64,000 nt of DNA from Candidatus Poribacteria bacterium (GTDB lineage Bacteria > Poribacteria > WGA-4E > WGA-3G): assembly GCA_963663765.2 (NCBI GenBank), contig CAXXUA010000004.1, forward strand, positions 928,001 through 992,000, given 5' to 3'. Of this stretch, positions 50,716-60,877 are shown in pieces; position 1 is the stretch's first letter, and every line of letters starts with the position of its first letter. The position numbers and the translations under genes are program-made. A model generated the notes under the pieces. It was not told the DNA's origin. It saw only the letters and a list, made by a program, of their open reading frames with translations, and made no database searches.

Positions 50716-51379
50716 CTCGCTCAATGAGGCCGTCCCGAATATGAAGGACGCGTCTGGCATGTTCTGCGACTTCCGGTTCATGCGTCACCATGATAATTGT
50801 ATTTCCTTCCTCATTAAGTCGGTCAAAAATAGCCAAAATCTCAGCACCAGAACGTGTATCAAGGTTCCCAGTCGGTTCGTCAGCAAAAAGTAGTGAGGGT
50901 TTGTTCACAAGCGCACGCGCAATCGCTACACGCTGCACCTGACCCCCAGATAATTCCGTCGATTTGTGATCAACCCGATCCGCTAAACCAACTGCTTCCA
51001 ACGATTCAAACGCTCTCCGCTTACGTTCTTTCCTACCTAAACCTGAATAGATTAACGGAAGCTCAACATTGTGAAGTGCGCTTGTTCGCGGCAGTAGGTT
51101 AAATGACTGAAATACAAATCCTATCTTCTTATTCCGAATATCTGCCAGACGGTTATCCGACAGTTGACCTACCTCTTCACCCTCAAGAAAATACTCACCA
51201 TCTGTTGGAGTCGCAAGGCATCCGAGAATATCCATCATCGTGGACTTACCAGAACCAGAAGGTCCCATAATCGCAATAAACTCACCCGGATCCACAGTGA
51301 AACTCACACCTCGCAGCGCATGAACCTGCACATCACCCATCTCATAGATTTTTGTTATGTCTTTAACATCAATTAACAT
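50699..51379 (-). CDS. MacB/LolD-type ABC transporter ATP-binding protein
   Basis: GPSGSGKST, IGFVFQSFNLL, LSGGQVQRVAIARAL and ADEPTGNLD. Confidence 0.95.
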   Translation of the reverse strand: MLIDVKDITKIYEMGDVQVHALRGVSFTVDPGEFIAIMGPSGSGKSTMMDILGCLATPTDGEYFLEGEEVGQLSDNRLADIRNKKIGFVFQSFNLLPRTSALHNVELPLIYSGLGRKERKRRAFESLEAVGLADRVDHKSTELSGGQVQRVAIARALVNKPSLLFADEPTGNLDTRSGAEILAIFDRLNEEGNTIIMVTHEPEVAEHARRVLHIRDGLIERDERRD

Positions 51380-51398
51380 CTATAAATATCTTCCTTTG

Positions 51399-53363
51399 TT
51401 ATTTCTTATCTTTGTTCTCTTCACCCTTCGTCAATTCCATCATAGACGGCACAAACACGCGATCCCCCTCTTTCAATCCATGGACAACTTCAAAGTGAGT
51501 TTTGTTCCGCCGACCTACCTTCAAATGCGTCTTAACCCCTTTTTCATCGTCCTTTTTCTTCGGTTCTTCACCAGTATCAAGCTTAACAAAATGATGGCGC
51601 TCACTCTTAATTTCTGCCTCAACACCTGTCATCATGTTGTTTTCAGATATGATTATCGTTATTTCTGTCGGACCTGGTCGCATACCTGTAGGAGTCTCAT
51701 CAAACAGTATTTCAAGATTGCCACGGGTTTCCGTTGGTGAAATCTTAGATACCTGACCATCATAGTGTTTGCCAATAAGGTTTTGGATCTTCAATCTCTG
51801 TCCCTGCTGAAATCTACCGAGGGCATCTGAGTCCAAGGTAGCTTTTGCTGAATATACTTCCGGACTTAATACTGCGGGTATCGGAATCTGAAGAATATCG
51901 GTCTTCTCAAATACAACAATGTCAATGTCCGCAGACATACCTGGTAAAAGTTTCGGACCTTCTTCCGGGATATCTACCTCTATATCCACCTCAAACGTGA
52001 TGACTGCATTCCCACCACTCTGATTACGTTGCGTGGAACTGGGGGATATTTCACTCACAAACCCATCAAATGTCTTGTTACGAAAACTATCTACACGAAT
52101 CTCAACCCGCTGCCTCTCTTTTATCCTACCAATTTCTACCTGATTGATCTGAGTTTTCACAATCATCTGCGATAAGTCAGCAATACGCATTATCGCTTCA
52201 CCGCGCGAAAAAGCTGAACGACCTGATGTAATAATCTCACCTTCCTCTACTGAAAGACGCGTTATCGTTCCTGTCATCGGTGCTTTCACTGTCGTCCATT
52301 CATGCCTCTCCTGTTGTGATTTCAGACGACTCTCCGCCTGCATAAAGTTCGCTTTTGCACTCACTTTAGCATGTTTAGTCAAGGCTTTCTCATCTTCAAT
52401 GGTCTCTTCATTCTGTGTGAGTCTTGTGCGTGCGTTTTCCAAATCCGCCTCCAGTTGTTTTTCCTGTGCCTTCTGAGATTCTTTCACTGTTTCAACGTTC
52501 TTCTTATTTAAAGCAAGGGTCGCCTCGCGACTCTGAATCGCCTCCTTCATTGCATTGACACTCTCTTCTTGCGACTTAATCGTTTCCTCTTGAGATTCTA
52601 CAACTTTCTGCGCCGTTTCGTACTGAGATTGATTCAATACAAGCTGTTTCTGAGATTGTTCCAACGTTTGTTCGGAAATTAATTCCTTTTTATACAAGTC
52701 TTGATTTCGCTTATGTTCTGCCTGAGTTGTCTCAAACGTAATCTTGGCAGACTCAACATTAACTTTAGCACGATCAAGAGTTAGTTTGTCTTGCGTTAAT
52801 TTGATTTCTGCCTGCTTCAGTGAAATCTTATCACGATTCAGCAAGTTGGTTGTCGTCAGCACAAGCGTTAGTGCTTCATTTATTCGCTGCTGTCTGTTCA
52901 CCGCAAATGAAGCAAGAGATGCTTCTAACTTTGCTACTATATTTTTAGATTGAAGATACTCACTCGTTTCGCGCTTTTCAGCAATCTGAATTCTCAAGTC
53001 TGATTGCTCCAATTCCGCTTTACGCGCATCACGATTCGCCTCCGCCTGCTTCATCTCCTCTAAAATCTGTTCATCATCTATTTTTAGCAAGGGAGCACCT
53101 GCCTGAACAAAATCTCCTTCTTCAACATAGAGTGCTACAATCTCTCCTTCAACATTAGAACGCACATCCACCTCTATAAATGAACGAATCGTACCAGATT
53201 CCTGAACCTTCACAACGAACTTCCCACGACGCACAACTTCCCTTTTATCCTCTTCTTCATCCTTCTTATCACCGAAGTTGATGCGCGTCGCTCCAATGAC
53301 AACCAACGCAATCACAACTATACCAATCGCACCGAAAATATAAAACCTTCTACCAAATTTCAT
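51399..53363 (-). CDS. MacA-like periplasmic adaptor with a very long coiled coil
   Basis: N-terminal TM helix; lipoyl halves (VEEGDFV.AG, KAPMTGTI); LLPGMSA; GLKEGDRV. Confidence 0.88.
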   Translation of the reverse strand: MKFGRRFYIFGAIGIVVIALVVIGATRINFGDKKDEEEDKREVVRRGKFVVKVQESGTIRSFIEVDVRSNVEGEIVALYVEEGDFVQAGAPLLKIDDEQILEEMKQAEANRDARKAELEQSDLRIQIAEKRETSEYLQSKNIVAKLEASLASFAVNRQQRINEALTLVLTTTNLLNRDKISLKQAEIKLTQDKLTLDRAKVNVESAKITFETTQAEHKRNQDLYKKELISEQTLEQSQKQLVLNQSQYETAQKVVESQEETIKSQEESVNAMKEAIQSREATLALNKKNVETVKESQKAQEKQLEADLENARTRLTQNEETIEDEKALTKHAKVSAKANFMQAESRLKSQQERHEWTTVKAPMTGTITRLSVEEGEIITSGRSAFSRGEAIMRIADLSQMIVKTQINQVEIGRIKERQRVEIRVDSFRNKTFDGFVSEISPSSTQRNQSGGNAVITFEVDIEVDIPEEGPKLLPGMSADIDIVVFEKTDILQIPIPAVLSPEVYSAKATLDSDALGRFQQGQRLKIQNLIGKHYDGQVSKISPTETRGNLEILFDETPTGMRPGPTEITIIISENNMMTGVEAEIKSERHHFVKLDTGEEPKKKDDEKGVKTHLKVGRRNKTHFEVVHGLKEGDRVFVPSMMELTKGEENKDKK

Positions 53364-53365
53364 GG

Positions 53366-54700
53366 CTATTCAAGAACTCCCATAGCATCACGCAACCGCG
53401 CCCATGCTATCTTGTAGTCATAAAAAGCATTCACCTGATTTGTCAAGGCTTGAGCATAACTCGTTTGCGCATCAAGCACCTCAAGCAAAATCGCCTTTCC
53501 AACTTTATACCTCTCCTGAATTATATCTAAACTCAGTTGCGCATTGACAACCTGAGTATCAGATATTTCTACCGCGGTTTCACTCTGTTTCAAATTGAGA
53601 TAATTTTGACGAACTCCAAGCGCAACTGAACGTTCCAAATCAGTCGCATTCTCGCGCGCTTGTTCCAATTGCATACTGCGCTCTTTAACACGATTACCCA
53701 ATACACCTCCATCATACAAAGTAAAATTAAGCGAAGCACCCACATTCCAACTTCGGAAATCTGAAAAATTCTGACGCACACGCAAGTAATCATCCAAATT
53801 TACAGCATAATCAACATTCGCATTCAAACGTGGCCAACGCTGCAACTTTGATAGTGTTAAACTCCATTCCTGTTGCTTTAACTGCGCATCAGTCTCCAAA
53901 AACTCAGGACGATTATCAAGCGCTGTCTGAATCGCTTCCTCAACTGTTATCTCTATCTTCTCGATCGTACCACGTTCCAAATACAACTGATACGATTCAT
54001 CTACCGCTACAGTTATTAACAGACCCGGATCCAATCCCATCAAACGAGGTAAAGTCGCTTGTGAAACCTGCAGTGAATTCTGATTATTCAGCAAACTCAA
54101 TTGACTGTTCGCCTCACGCACCCTTGCAGTCGCAACATCCGCCGGAATCAGAACACCCGCATCTTTCAAAGCAACCGTCTGTTCGGTGTTTTCTACTGCA
54201 CGCGCCAAGACATCTTCACTCACCTTAACAAGCTCAGCATCCTTAAGCACATTGTAGTAGGCTTGCGTAATCTGTAAAATCAAACCCTGTTTGATACTTT
54301 CATTCCGACTAGAAGTAGCAATCAAAGACTCTTTTGACTGAGCATAACTGACTTCACGTTGACCATTGTCCCAAAGTGTATAACTCCCTCTTAGTCCAAC
54401 ATTGTAGTTCTCTTCTTCAAAACCAAAATCCAAACGATCATTAAAATTGTAATTCCCTGTAGATGAAATGGTTGGAAAATAACCTGCACGCGCATTCTTC
54501 ACACGTAACTCCTGTATTGCTAAACTCAAACGCGCATTCCGCATACGTGTTGCATTTTCCAGTCCCAATTGTATACACTGTTCAAGCGTCAACGGCTGCG
54601 ATAAATCAATTTCTTCCTGCTGTTGTGCATCTCCATTAAATATAAATAATAACTGAATAACAACCAGAATTAGCGTTAACCCAATTCTCCTTTGAACCAT
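53366..54700 (-). CDS. TolC family outer-membrane efflux protein
   Basis: LTLEQCIQLGLENA, ARAGYFP, AYYNVL and LEVLDAQ; RBS AAGGAG before the ATG at 54700. Confidence 0.9.
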   Translation of the reverse strand: MVQRRIGLTLILVVIQLLFIFNGDAQQQEEIDLSQPLTLEQCIQLGLENATRMRNARLSLAIQELRVKNARAGYFPTISSTGNYNFNDRLDFGFEEENYNVGLRGSYTLWDNGQREVSYAQSKESLIATSSRNESIKQGLILQITQAYYNVLKDAELVKVSEDVLARAVENTEQTVALKDAGVLIPADVATARVREANSQLSLLNNQNSLQVSQATLPRLMGLDPGLLITVAVDESYQLYLERGTIEKIEITVEEAIQTALDNRPEFLETDAQLKQQEWSLTLSKLQRWPRLNANVDYAVNLDDYLRVRQNFSDFRSWNVGASLNFTLYDGGVLGNRVKERSMQLEQARENATDLERSVALGVRQNYLNLKQSETAVEISDTQVVNAQLSLDIIQERYKVGKAILLEVLDAQTSYAQALTNQVNAFYDYKIAWARLRDAMGVLE

Positions 54701-54887
54701 TTGCATCTCCTTAAACACATAAGACATTATGTTATATTTTTGATAAAAAATAATATTCAAAAGTTCAGAGTCTTTAATAAAATAAATTGCTAATTATGAC
54801 GCAAAACAAGCATAATAGTTTAATTGTCATTATGTCAGATTTATTATATCTAAATTGAAAAAAAATATCAAGTTCCGTGATTTAAAT

Positions 54888-55495
54888 GGGTGTGAAAAGT
54901 GTTTGCACAGAGGTACTAACTTTTGTTCTCTTTAGTCCCGTAGGGACGCAATGTTTATAGAAAGACGTTATCACATCCCCTATCTTTAGTTCCGTAGGAA
55001 CGACATAGAAGGATAAACATATCGTCCCTACCAAATCAACGCCAAATGCGCCAAATCAACGGTATGAATGCCATTAAGGCATTCCCCGTATTGCATTTGG
55101 CGGGACTAAAAAGACGTGGCGATATGTATTTCTATAAACATATCGTCCCTACGGGACTGAAGAATATGGTTAATATTAACAATATTTCTTTATATTGACA
55201 CCTAATGAAGTTTGACAATCAAAATCGGTAGTTGAATTCGTAGGGGTTGGGTTCCCCAACCCGTTTCGTTTTTGAGTTTGCGTAGATCAGGTGTGGAAGC
55301 CACGTCCCTACGAATACACAACTTGAACGTCAAAACTCATTAGGACTCTGTGTCCGCAATCTCTCATTTAATCAGTTGCGGCGGGGCACAGAGACCCGGG
55401 GAATGCCAAAAGGCATTCATACCGTCGATTTCTTGATTTCTTGATTTCGCCCTACAATGGAGAGTGGGATGTTTGTGCAAAAACTTTACACACCC
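54888..55495. mobile_element. MITE family C subtype 2 with three secondary insertions
   Basis: Colinear with 12126-12475 except for inserts at 55031-55100, 55201-55344 and 55398-55447; left TIR degenerate; no TSD. Confidence 0.85.
55201..55344. mobile_element. MITE family F with a REP doublet
   Basis: TIR CCTAATGAAGTTTGAC / GTCAAAACTCATTAGG (14/16); contains GTAGGGGTTGGGTTCCCCAACCC; absent from the 12126 copy. Confidence 0.7.
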
Positions 55496-55508
55496 TAACC
55501 AATACAAT

Positions 55509-55537
55509 TTGCATTTTATCACAACAGATGCTATAAT
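55509..55537 (+). promoter_or_regulatory. Putative extended -10 promoter
   Basis: TTGCAT-N17-TATAAT with TG extension. Confidence 0.6.
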
Positions 55538-55577
55538 AGACATATCACAGAAACTACCAAATTGATAGGAGGCATAA

Positions 55578-56723
55578 ATGAAAGATTTTGCATTCACAGG
55601 CGGTAGACCCGACCCATACACATTCCCAACAGACGCTCTAATAAAGGCAAGTGAAAAAGCTCTCAAAAAATTAGGTGGACAACTCGTTAATTACCCTGGA
55701 GAAGCTGGTTACAGAGGTTTACGTGAACTCGCATCTATGCGATTTGAACGCAGGGAAGGTGTTCCACTCCCTGTAGATAATACCTCTATCACATCAGGAT
55801 CGATGCAAGCACTTGACCTTGTACTAGGTACTTTCATCAAACCGGGGGATACGGTCTTAACAGAGGAATTTACATACAGCGGTACGCTTGGGATAATGCG
55901 TCACCTAAACGCAAATATAGTCGGTATACCGATGGATTATGAAGATGGCATGAATATGGACGCATTGGAAGTGCAGCTAAAAGAACTTAAGCGGAAAAAC
56001 GTCACGCCTTCACTCATCTACACCACATCAAATCACCAAAACCCAACAGGTGCGATCCTATCGCTTGAACGTAGACACAGAATGTTAGAACTTGCCGAAA
56101 AATACGACACACTCATTGTTGAAGACGATTGCTACGGTGATATTGACTTCGTACCCAATCCGACCCCTGCATCGTTGTTTACGTTGGACACAACAAACCG
56201 TGTGATCTTCATCGCAACGTTCTCAAAAATACTCGGTGCGGGTGTCCGTCAAGGTTACTTCGTCGCAAGACAACCCTATTACGGAATGATACACAACAAT
56301 AGATGGGACGGTGGGACAAGTGCACTTGCAAGTGCGATTGTATCAGAGTTTTTCAAGGAACATCTTGAAGCACATCTTGAAAAAACAAATGCTGCGGTCG
56401 GTGCAAAATGCAAAGCTGTTACGGATACACTTGAAAAGCATGTCAGCGACCTATGTACGTGGACAAAACCGCGGGGTGGACTTTTCCTATGGATAGACCT
56501 TCCTGAAACAACCGATATGAATAAACTAAAATCGTTAGCATCAGCAAAAGGTGTCGGTTTTAGCAATGGCAGTGCATTCCATTATGCTGGTAATCCAGTG
56601 AAAGCAATACGGTTAGCCTACGCATACTGCCATGTTGACGACATTCCAGAGGGAATAACCTATTTATCAGAAGCAATCCGCACCGCACAAATCGCAGCTG
56701 TTGATGCCACCGCAGCAGATTAA
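55578..56723 (+). CDS. PLP-dependent aminotransferase, class I/II (ARO8/LysN-like)
   Basis: ITSGSMQAL, HQNPTG, IVEDDCY, TFSKILG.GVR.G and P.GGLFLW. Confidence 0.92.
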   Translation: MKDFAFTGGRPDPYTFPTDALIKASEKALKKLGGQLVNYPGEAGYRGLRELASMRFERREGVPLPVDNTSITSGSMQALDLVLGTFIKPGDTVLTEEFTYSGTLGIMRHLNANIVGIPMDYEDGMNMDALEVQLKELKRKNVTPSLIYTTSNHQNPTGAILSLERRHRMLELAEKYDTLIVEDDCYGDIDFVPNPTPASLFTLDTTNRVIFIATFSKILGAGVRQGYFVARQPYYGMIHNNRWDGGTSALASAIVSEFFKEHLEAHLEKTNAAVGAKCKAVTDTLEKHVSDLCTWTKPRGGLFLWIDLPETTDMNKLKSLASAKGVGFSNGSAFHYAGNPVKAIRLAYAYCHVDDIPEGITYLSEAIRTAQIAAVDATAAD

Positions 56724-56794
56724 CAGACCTTTGAGCAAACCTTAAACATAAATAGTGTGACCCGCTAATATATAGATAAGCCACGGAGGAGACC

Positions 56795-58165
56795 TTGCGT
56801 AATATTATCCTATTCTCTTTAGATACACTCCGCGCGTCAAGTATGAGTTGTTACGGACATTCCAATCTAACAACGCCACACATTGACGCACTCGCAGCAA
56901 ACGCCACATTGTTTGAAAGCTGCATCAGTCCACATATACCTACGCATCCTGCACATACAACGATGTTCACGGGGAAAGATGTACTGACCCACCAAATCAT
57001 AACACAAGGCGGACAGATTAACCTATGTGAGAACAATAAGACGTTACCAGAACTGCTAAATGAAGCGGGTTACTTTACAGTTGCAGCTGACAATTTGGGA
57101 CGTTGGTTCCAACGCGGATTTCCAGAGAAACAGTACCGTGGATATAAATGGGAAACACGGTATCAAAATGCACGCAAAGCTGAAGCAGTCAACAAAACTG
57201 CAATTGAATTGTTGGAACTTGCACAATCGCAAGACAAACCTTGGTTTGCGTTCCTGCATTACTGGGACCCACACACACCATACCTACCGCCGACACCCTT
57301 TGAACGCATGTTCTATAGTGGTAACGAATGTGACCCCAACAATCGCAGTATGGATGAAGTTTATGCGTGTGAACCCTTTACAGATTATTTTCGACAGTGG
57401 ATGTGCAAACCGGACGCAAATGACCCAGACAATATAGAGAAAAAACAGCTCTGGACAGATCGAAAATATGTCAACGCACAATACGACGCTTCTATTGCAT
57501 ATATGGACGCTACTTTGGCACAACTATTCCAATATCTGTCCGACTGCAAACTGATGGAAGAGACACTCTTAGTTATCACCGCAGACCACGGAGAAGAACT
57601 CGACGAACACCAACTCTGGTATGATCACCATGGACTATATCAGACAAATTGCCATATTCCTTTGATACTACACTGTCCAGAACTAATTCCGAAAGGACAA
57701 CAGCTTGAAGGAATAGTTACCTTGAAAGACATTGCTCCAACTATTCTGGATTATGCTGCAAAAACAAATCTCTCTGAACGTGAAAATATGGAAGGTGCAA
57801 GCCTACGTACCATAATTGAAAATGGAGAAGAGAGCGGATCCTGTGATGCAATATACCTTACAGAATGTGGTTGGATGAAAAAGCGGGGATGGCAAACAAG
57901 AAAATGGAAACTGATTGTTGAAACAGGTGGTACTCCTGCAGTCTACAACACACCGGATATTGAACTCTATGATCTGGAAGAAGACCCGAATGAAATATAC
58001 AACCTCGCTGAAGAAGCAGATGACATTGTGCGACAATTGAAAAACGATATGGACAGTTTCCTAACAAAACGGTTGGCTGAAACTGGATTACCAGACCCAA
58101 CAGAAGAACAGGATATTACAATGCGTAAAATCGGAGATAAAACAAGAGCAGTCCCACTACCATAA
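56795..58165 (+). CDS. Sulfatase-like hydrolase
   Basis: NIILFSLDTLRA, PTHPAHTTMFTG, HYWDPHTPY, ITADHGE and ELYDL..DP.E. Confidence 0.88.
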   Translation: MRNIILFSLDTLRASSMSCYGHSNLTTPHIDALAANATLFESCISPHIPTHPAHTTMFTGKDVLTHQIITQGGQINLCENNKTLPELLNEAGYFTVAADNLGRWFQRGFPEKQYRGYKWETRYQNARKAEAVNKTAIELLELAQSQDKPWFAFLHYWDPHTPYLPPTPFERMFYSGNECDPNNRSMDEVYACEPFTDYFRQWMCKPDANDPDNIEKKQLWTDRKYVNAQYDASIAYMDATLAQLFQYLSDCKLMEETLLVITADHGEELDEHQLWYDHHGLYQTNCHIPLILHCPELIPKGQQLEGIVTLKDIAPTILDYAAKTNLSERENMEGASLRTIIENGEESGSCDAIYLTECGWMKKRGWQTRKWKLIVETGGTPAVYNTPDIELYDLEEDPNEIYNLAEEADDIVRQLKNDMDSFLTKRLAETGLPDPTEEQDITMRKIGDKTRAVPLP

Positions 58166-58220
58166 ATCAAATTTTAGCAGATTGCTGTGGGAGGGATCTT
58201 CGTTTCCTGACTGAAAAAAA

Positions 58221-59270
58221 ATGAAATCAAAAAACAATTCTTATTCCTCTAATCACACTATAATCACTTGCATTCTAATTCTCGTAGCGGTCGGTTTGAT
58301 CTTTAACGGTTGTGCTTCACTGCAAGAAGCACAACAGCGTAGAGACCAACGCTTAAAGGAAAGACGCAATACGGATCAACTCCTATTGAAACCGACTGAT
58401 GCAACCATCACTGTAAATCCAAAACCACCTCATGGCAAACCCCATGGAGAAAGTGATCACTATTCATTCACTTTCGTTGAGAACTTGCATATACACCAGG
58501 ACTTTGACGAAATTGAGGAACGTAATGCATTCGCAAAGAGTTCACTTGCATACATGGAAAGTCTTTATAGTGCTATGTATGACATTTTCGGATTTAAACC
58601 AAAGCAAAAAATTCATATAAAATTGCACAACTTGTATAAAGGTGGTAGCATGATAGCTGAGACCGGTTCATATTCCAGTTATATCATCCGCAATGGAGAT
58701 GTAACGAAGAACATTACTGACATAGAGATGGATTTTCCATTAGCCATGTTTCGATCACATGGAACACGCGTCCATGAATTGACACATGCCTTTACCAACA
58801 TCTATTATTTCCCTGTCTGGTTCTCTGAAGGCATTGCGGTCCTGATGCAGACTGAATATGCAAATGACAACTCACACCCAAAATTTGACGGCATTGACAG
58901 AAACTTAAGAGTTGGTCCCAACGGCATAAACTTATTAGAAGGCTGGCGTGGACACGGCGATCATCAGGCTGGAGCAAATATCACACAATGGCGATATAGA
59001 TATGCATATACAGTCGTGTCTGAACTTAGAAAACTGTATGGAAAGGATTTTTACATGCGGGTTTTCAAATTAATGGACGAAGATCAACTCTATAAGAAAC
59101 TTGTTGGAAGAATGTCAACAAGTTTTGTCGTCTACTATTTCAGCCAAGCCGCTGGAGAAGACCTTGTTCCATTTTTTAAAAAATTGCAGTTTGATGTCCG
59201 CAAGTTAGAGAAGGACGATATCCTACAACAAATTGAAAAGCAGAAGGAACTGATACGGAGGCAACTATGA
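58221..59270 (+). CDS. Lipoprotein with a gluzincin-like metallopeptidase motif
   Basis: Lipobox FNG|C; HELTH...PVWFSEGIA. Confidence 0.7.
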   Translation: MKSKNNSYSSNHTIITCILILVAVGLIFNGCASLQEAQQRRDQRLKERRNTDQLLLKPTDATITVNPKPPHGKPHGESDHYSFTFVENLHIHQDFDEIEERNAFAKSSLAYMESLYSAMYDIFGFKPKQKIHIKLHNLYKGGSMIAETGSYSSYIIRNGDVTKNITDIEMDFPLAMFRSHGTRVHELTHAFTNIYYFPVWFSEGIAVLMQTEYANDNSHPKFDGIDRNLRVGPNGINLLEGWRGHGDHQAGANITQWRYRYAYTVVSELRKLYGKDFYMRVFKLMDEDQLYKKLVGRMSTSFVVYYFSQAAGEDLVPFFKKLQFDVRKLEKDDILQQIEKQKELIRRQL

Positions 59271-59887
59271 TTCTTACACAACAGAACGCACGTTCTCGCT
59301 ACGAACTCTTGCTACCGATTTTTGCATTGATATTCATTTCGGCTTGTGCTGTCGGGCAGCAATGGAGCGAAAACTACGCTCGTATAGCTGGCACACGGTC
59401 AACTGACCCACTCATCATTGATGGTAACTACAATACTGTAGGTCAAACACAGTTTGTTAACATCTTAGGAATTTATAACCTTGATGCACATCCACCATCG
59501 GAAGTTTCTGTCAAGTTACCTGAGGAAAAAAAGATCTACCGTGTTGTAATCCATACTACGAACATGCAAGAATTTAAGCTCATGGCACGTAATAAAGAGG
59601 GGAAATGGAAGCAAATCCATGACCAACGCAGCAACAAAGATAAAAAAATTGATATACGTTTTAATCCTCCTCCTACTACCGATGCTATCAAATTAGTCGT
59701 CCATAAAACTTCAGATGACGCAGCACAAAAGCGAAAAAACCTAAAGATCGAAAGAGAAAACCGTGTTGCGCCAGACGGTACAGTTCGCCGTGGACAGATG
59801 GTCTACAAAATATTAGGTCCCTTAAAAGCTACTGCAAAAATCGCAGAAATGGAACTTTACGGTTTCGCAGAAACGACTAAAAACTAA
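59267..59887 (+). CDS. Hypothetical lipoprotein, possibly discoidin/F5-8-like
   Basis: Lipobox ISA|C; ENYA...IDG...IAEMELYG pattern; translationally coupled to the upstream gene. Confidence 0.6.
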   Translation: MILTQQNARSRYELLLPIFALIFISACAVGQQWSENYARIAGTRSTDPLIIDGNYNTVGQTQFVNILGIYNLDAHPPSEVSVKLPEEKKIYRVVIHTTNMQEFKLMARNKEGKWKQIHDQRSNKDKKIDIRFNPPPTTDAIKLVVHKTSDDAAQKRKNLKIERENRVAPDGTVRRGQMVYKILGPLKATAKIAEMELYGFAETTKN

Positions 59888-60181
59888 ATGATACCCAAAA
59901 TTTAATGCAACGATTACGAATCATAAGAACGGTCATAAACTTTCACCCCAAGGTAGCTGCGGTTTCCTAAAGCCACTGTAACCTTTGATATAACGCGAGT
60001 GATTCTGACATGCAAGAACACCTTAAATAGACGTTTACAATTACCCAAATTGTTATACCCAACTCACCTTTAATTTAACAATTAGTTGTATTTAATATAC
60101 GTAATTCTGCGTTAATACTCTTATAAAACACGGAAATTTGGCATAATTCCTCTTTTTTCTTCAAAATTAATGAAAAAAAGT

Positions 60182-60210
60182 TTGCATTTAATTAATTTTT
60201 GTGTTAAACT
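60182..60210 (+). promoter_or_regulatory. Putative promoter upstream of the XRE gene
   Basis: TTGCAT-N17-TAAACT with TG extension. Confidence 0.5.
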
Positions 60211-60528
60211 ATATTTCACGTTTTTATTGTTTTGCGTTTCTTGTAATGGTTAGGTAATTCTACTTTTCGGAGAAACTCGGTATTCAATTTCTGTCATTTT
60301 AGACGGAGAGAGAACAAGATATCAGTCCTTATATAAGAAACAGACAATGTTGAAATGCAAAGTAACTGTTGTATCAGAGGTTCTAAAATCTGGTTTTTAT
60401 TTTCAAATTATCTATTATAGTATAAACAAATATACATTTTCGTCCTTCGGATGGTACGGTTTCCTAACCCCACTGAAACAGAATGTATAATTATTTCTAT
60501 AATCTACCATAGATGAAAGGAATTACAA

Positions 60529-60867
60529 ATGAGTGATGAAGTTATTTCCCGCATAAAACAACGGCGACGTGAACTTAAGATGACGCAAACTGAATTGGCA
60601 AAAGCCGCGAACCTAACACCCGCAGCTATCTCCCAATTTGAGTCGGGTACCAGAAAACCTTCTTTTAATACGCTTTCCAGTCTGTCAGATGCATTGAAGG
60701 TAACAACGGATTATCTACTTGGGAAGAAAGAAAGAGGCTACGAAGACCTAATGGCAGACCCAAGGCTTAATGTCATGTTCAGAGGAATGATGAATTTTAA
60801 AGAGAGGGATAAAGAAACACTCTATGAGTTCTACAAATTTCTCAAAACACAAGCGGATTCAGAATAG
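60529..60867 (+). CDS. XRE family HTH transcriptional regulator
   Basis: MTQTELA...AISQFESG.RKP...L.VTTDYLLG. Confidence 0.93.
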   Translation: MSDEVISRIKQRRRELKMTQTELAKAANLTPAAISQFESGTRKPSFNTLSSLSDALKVTTDYLLGKKERGYEDLMADPRLNVMFRGMMNFKERDKETLYEFYKFLKTQADSE

Positions 60868-60877
60868 AAAGATTTCG

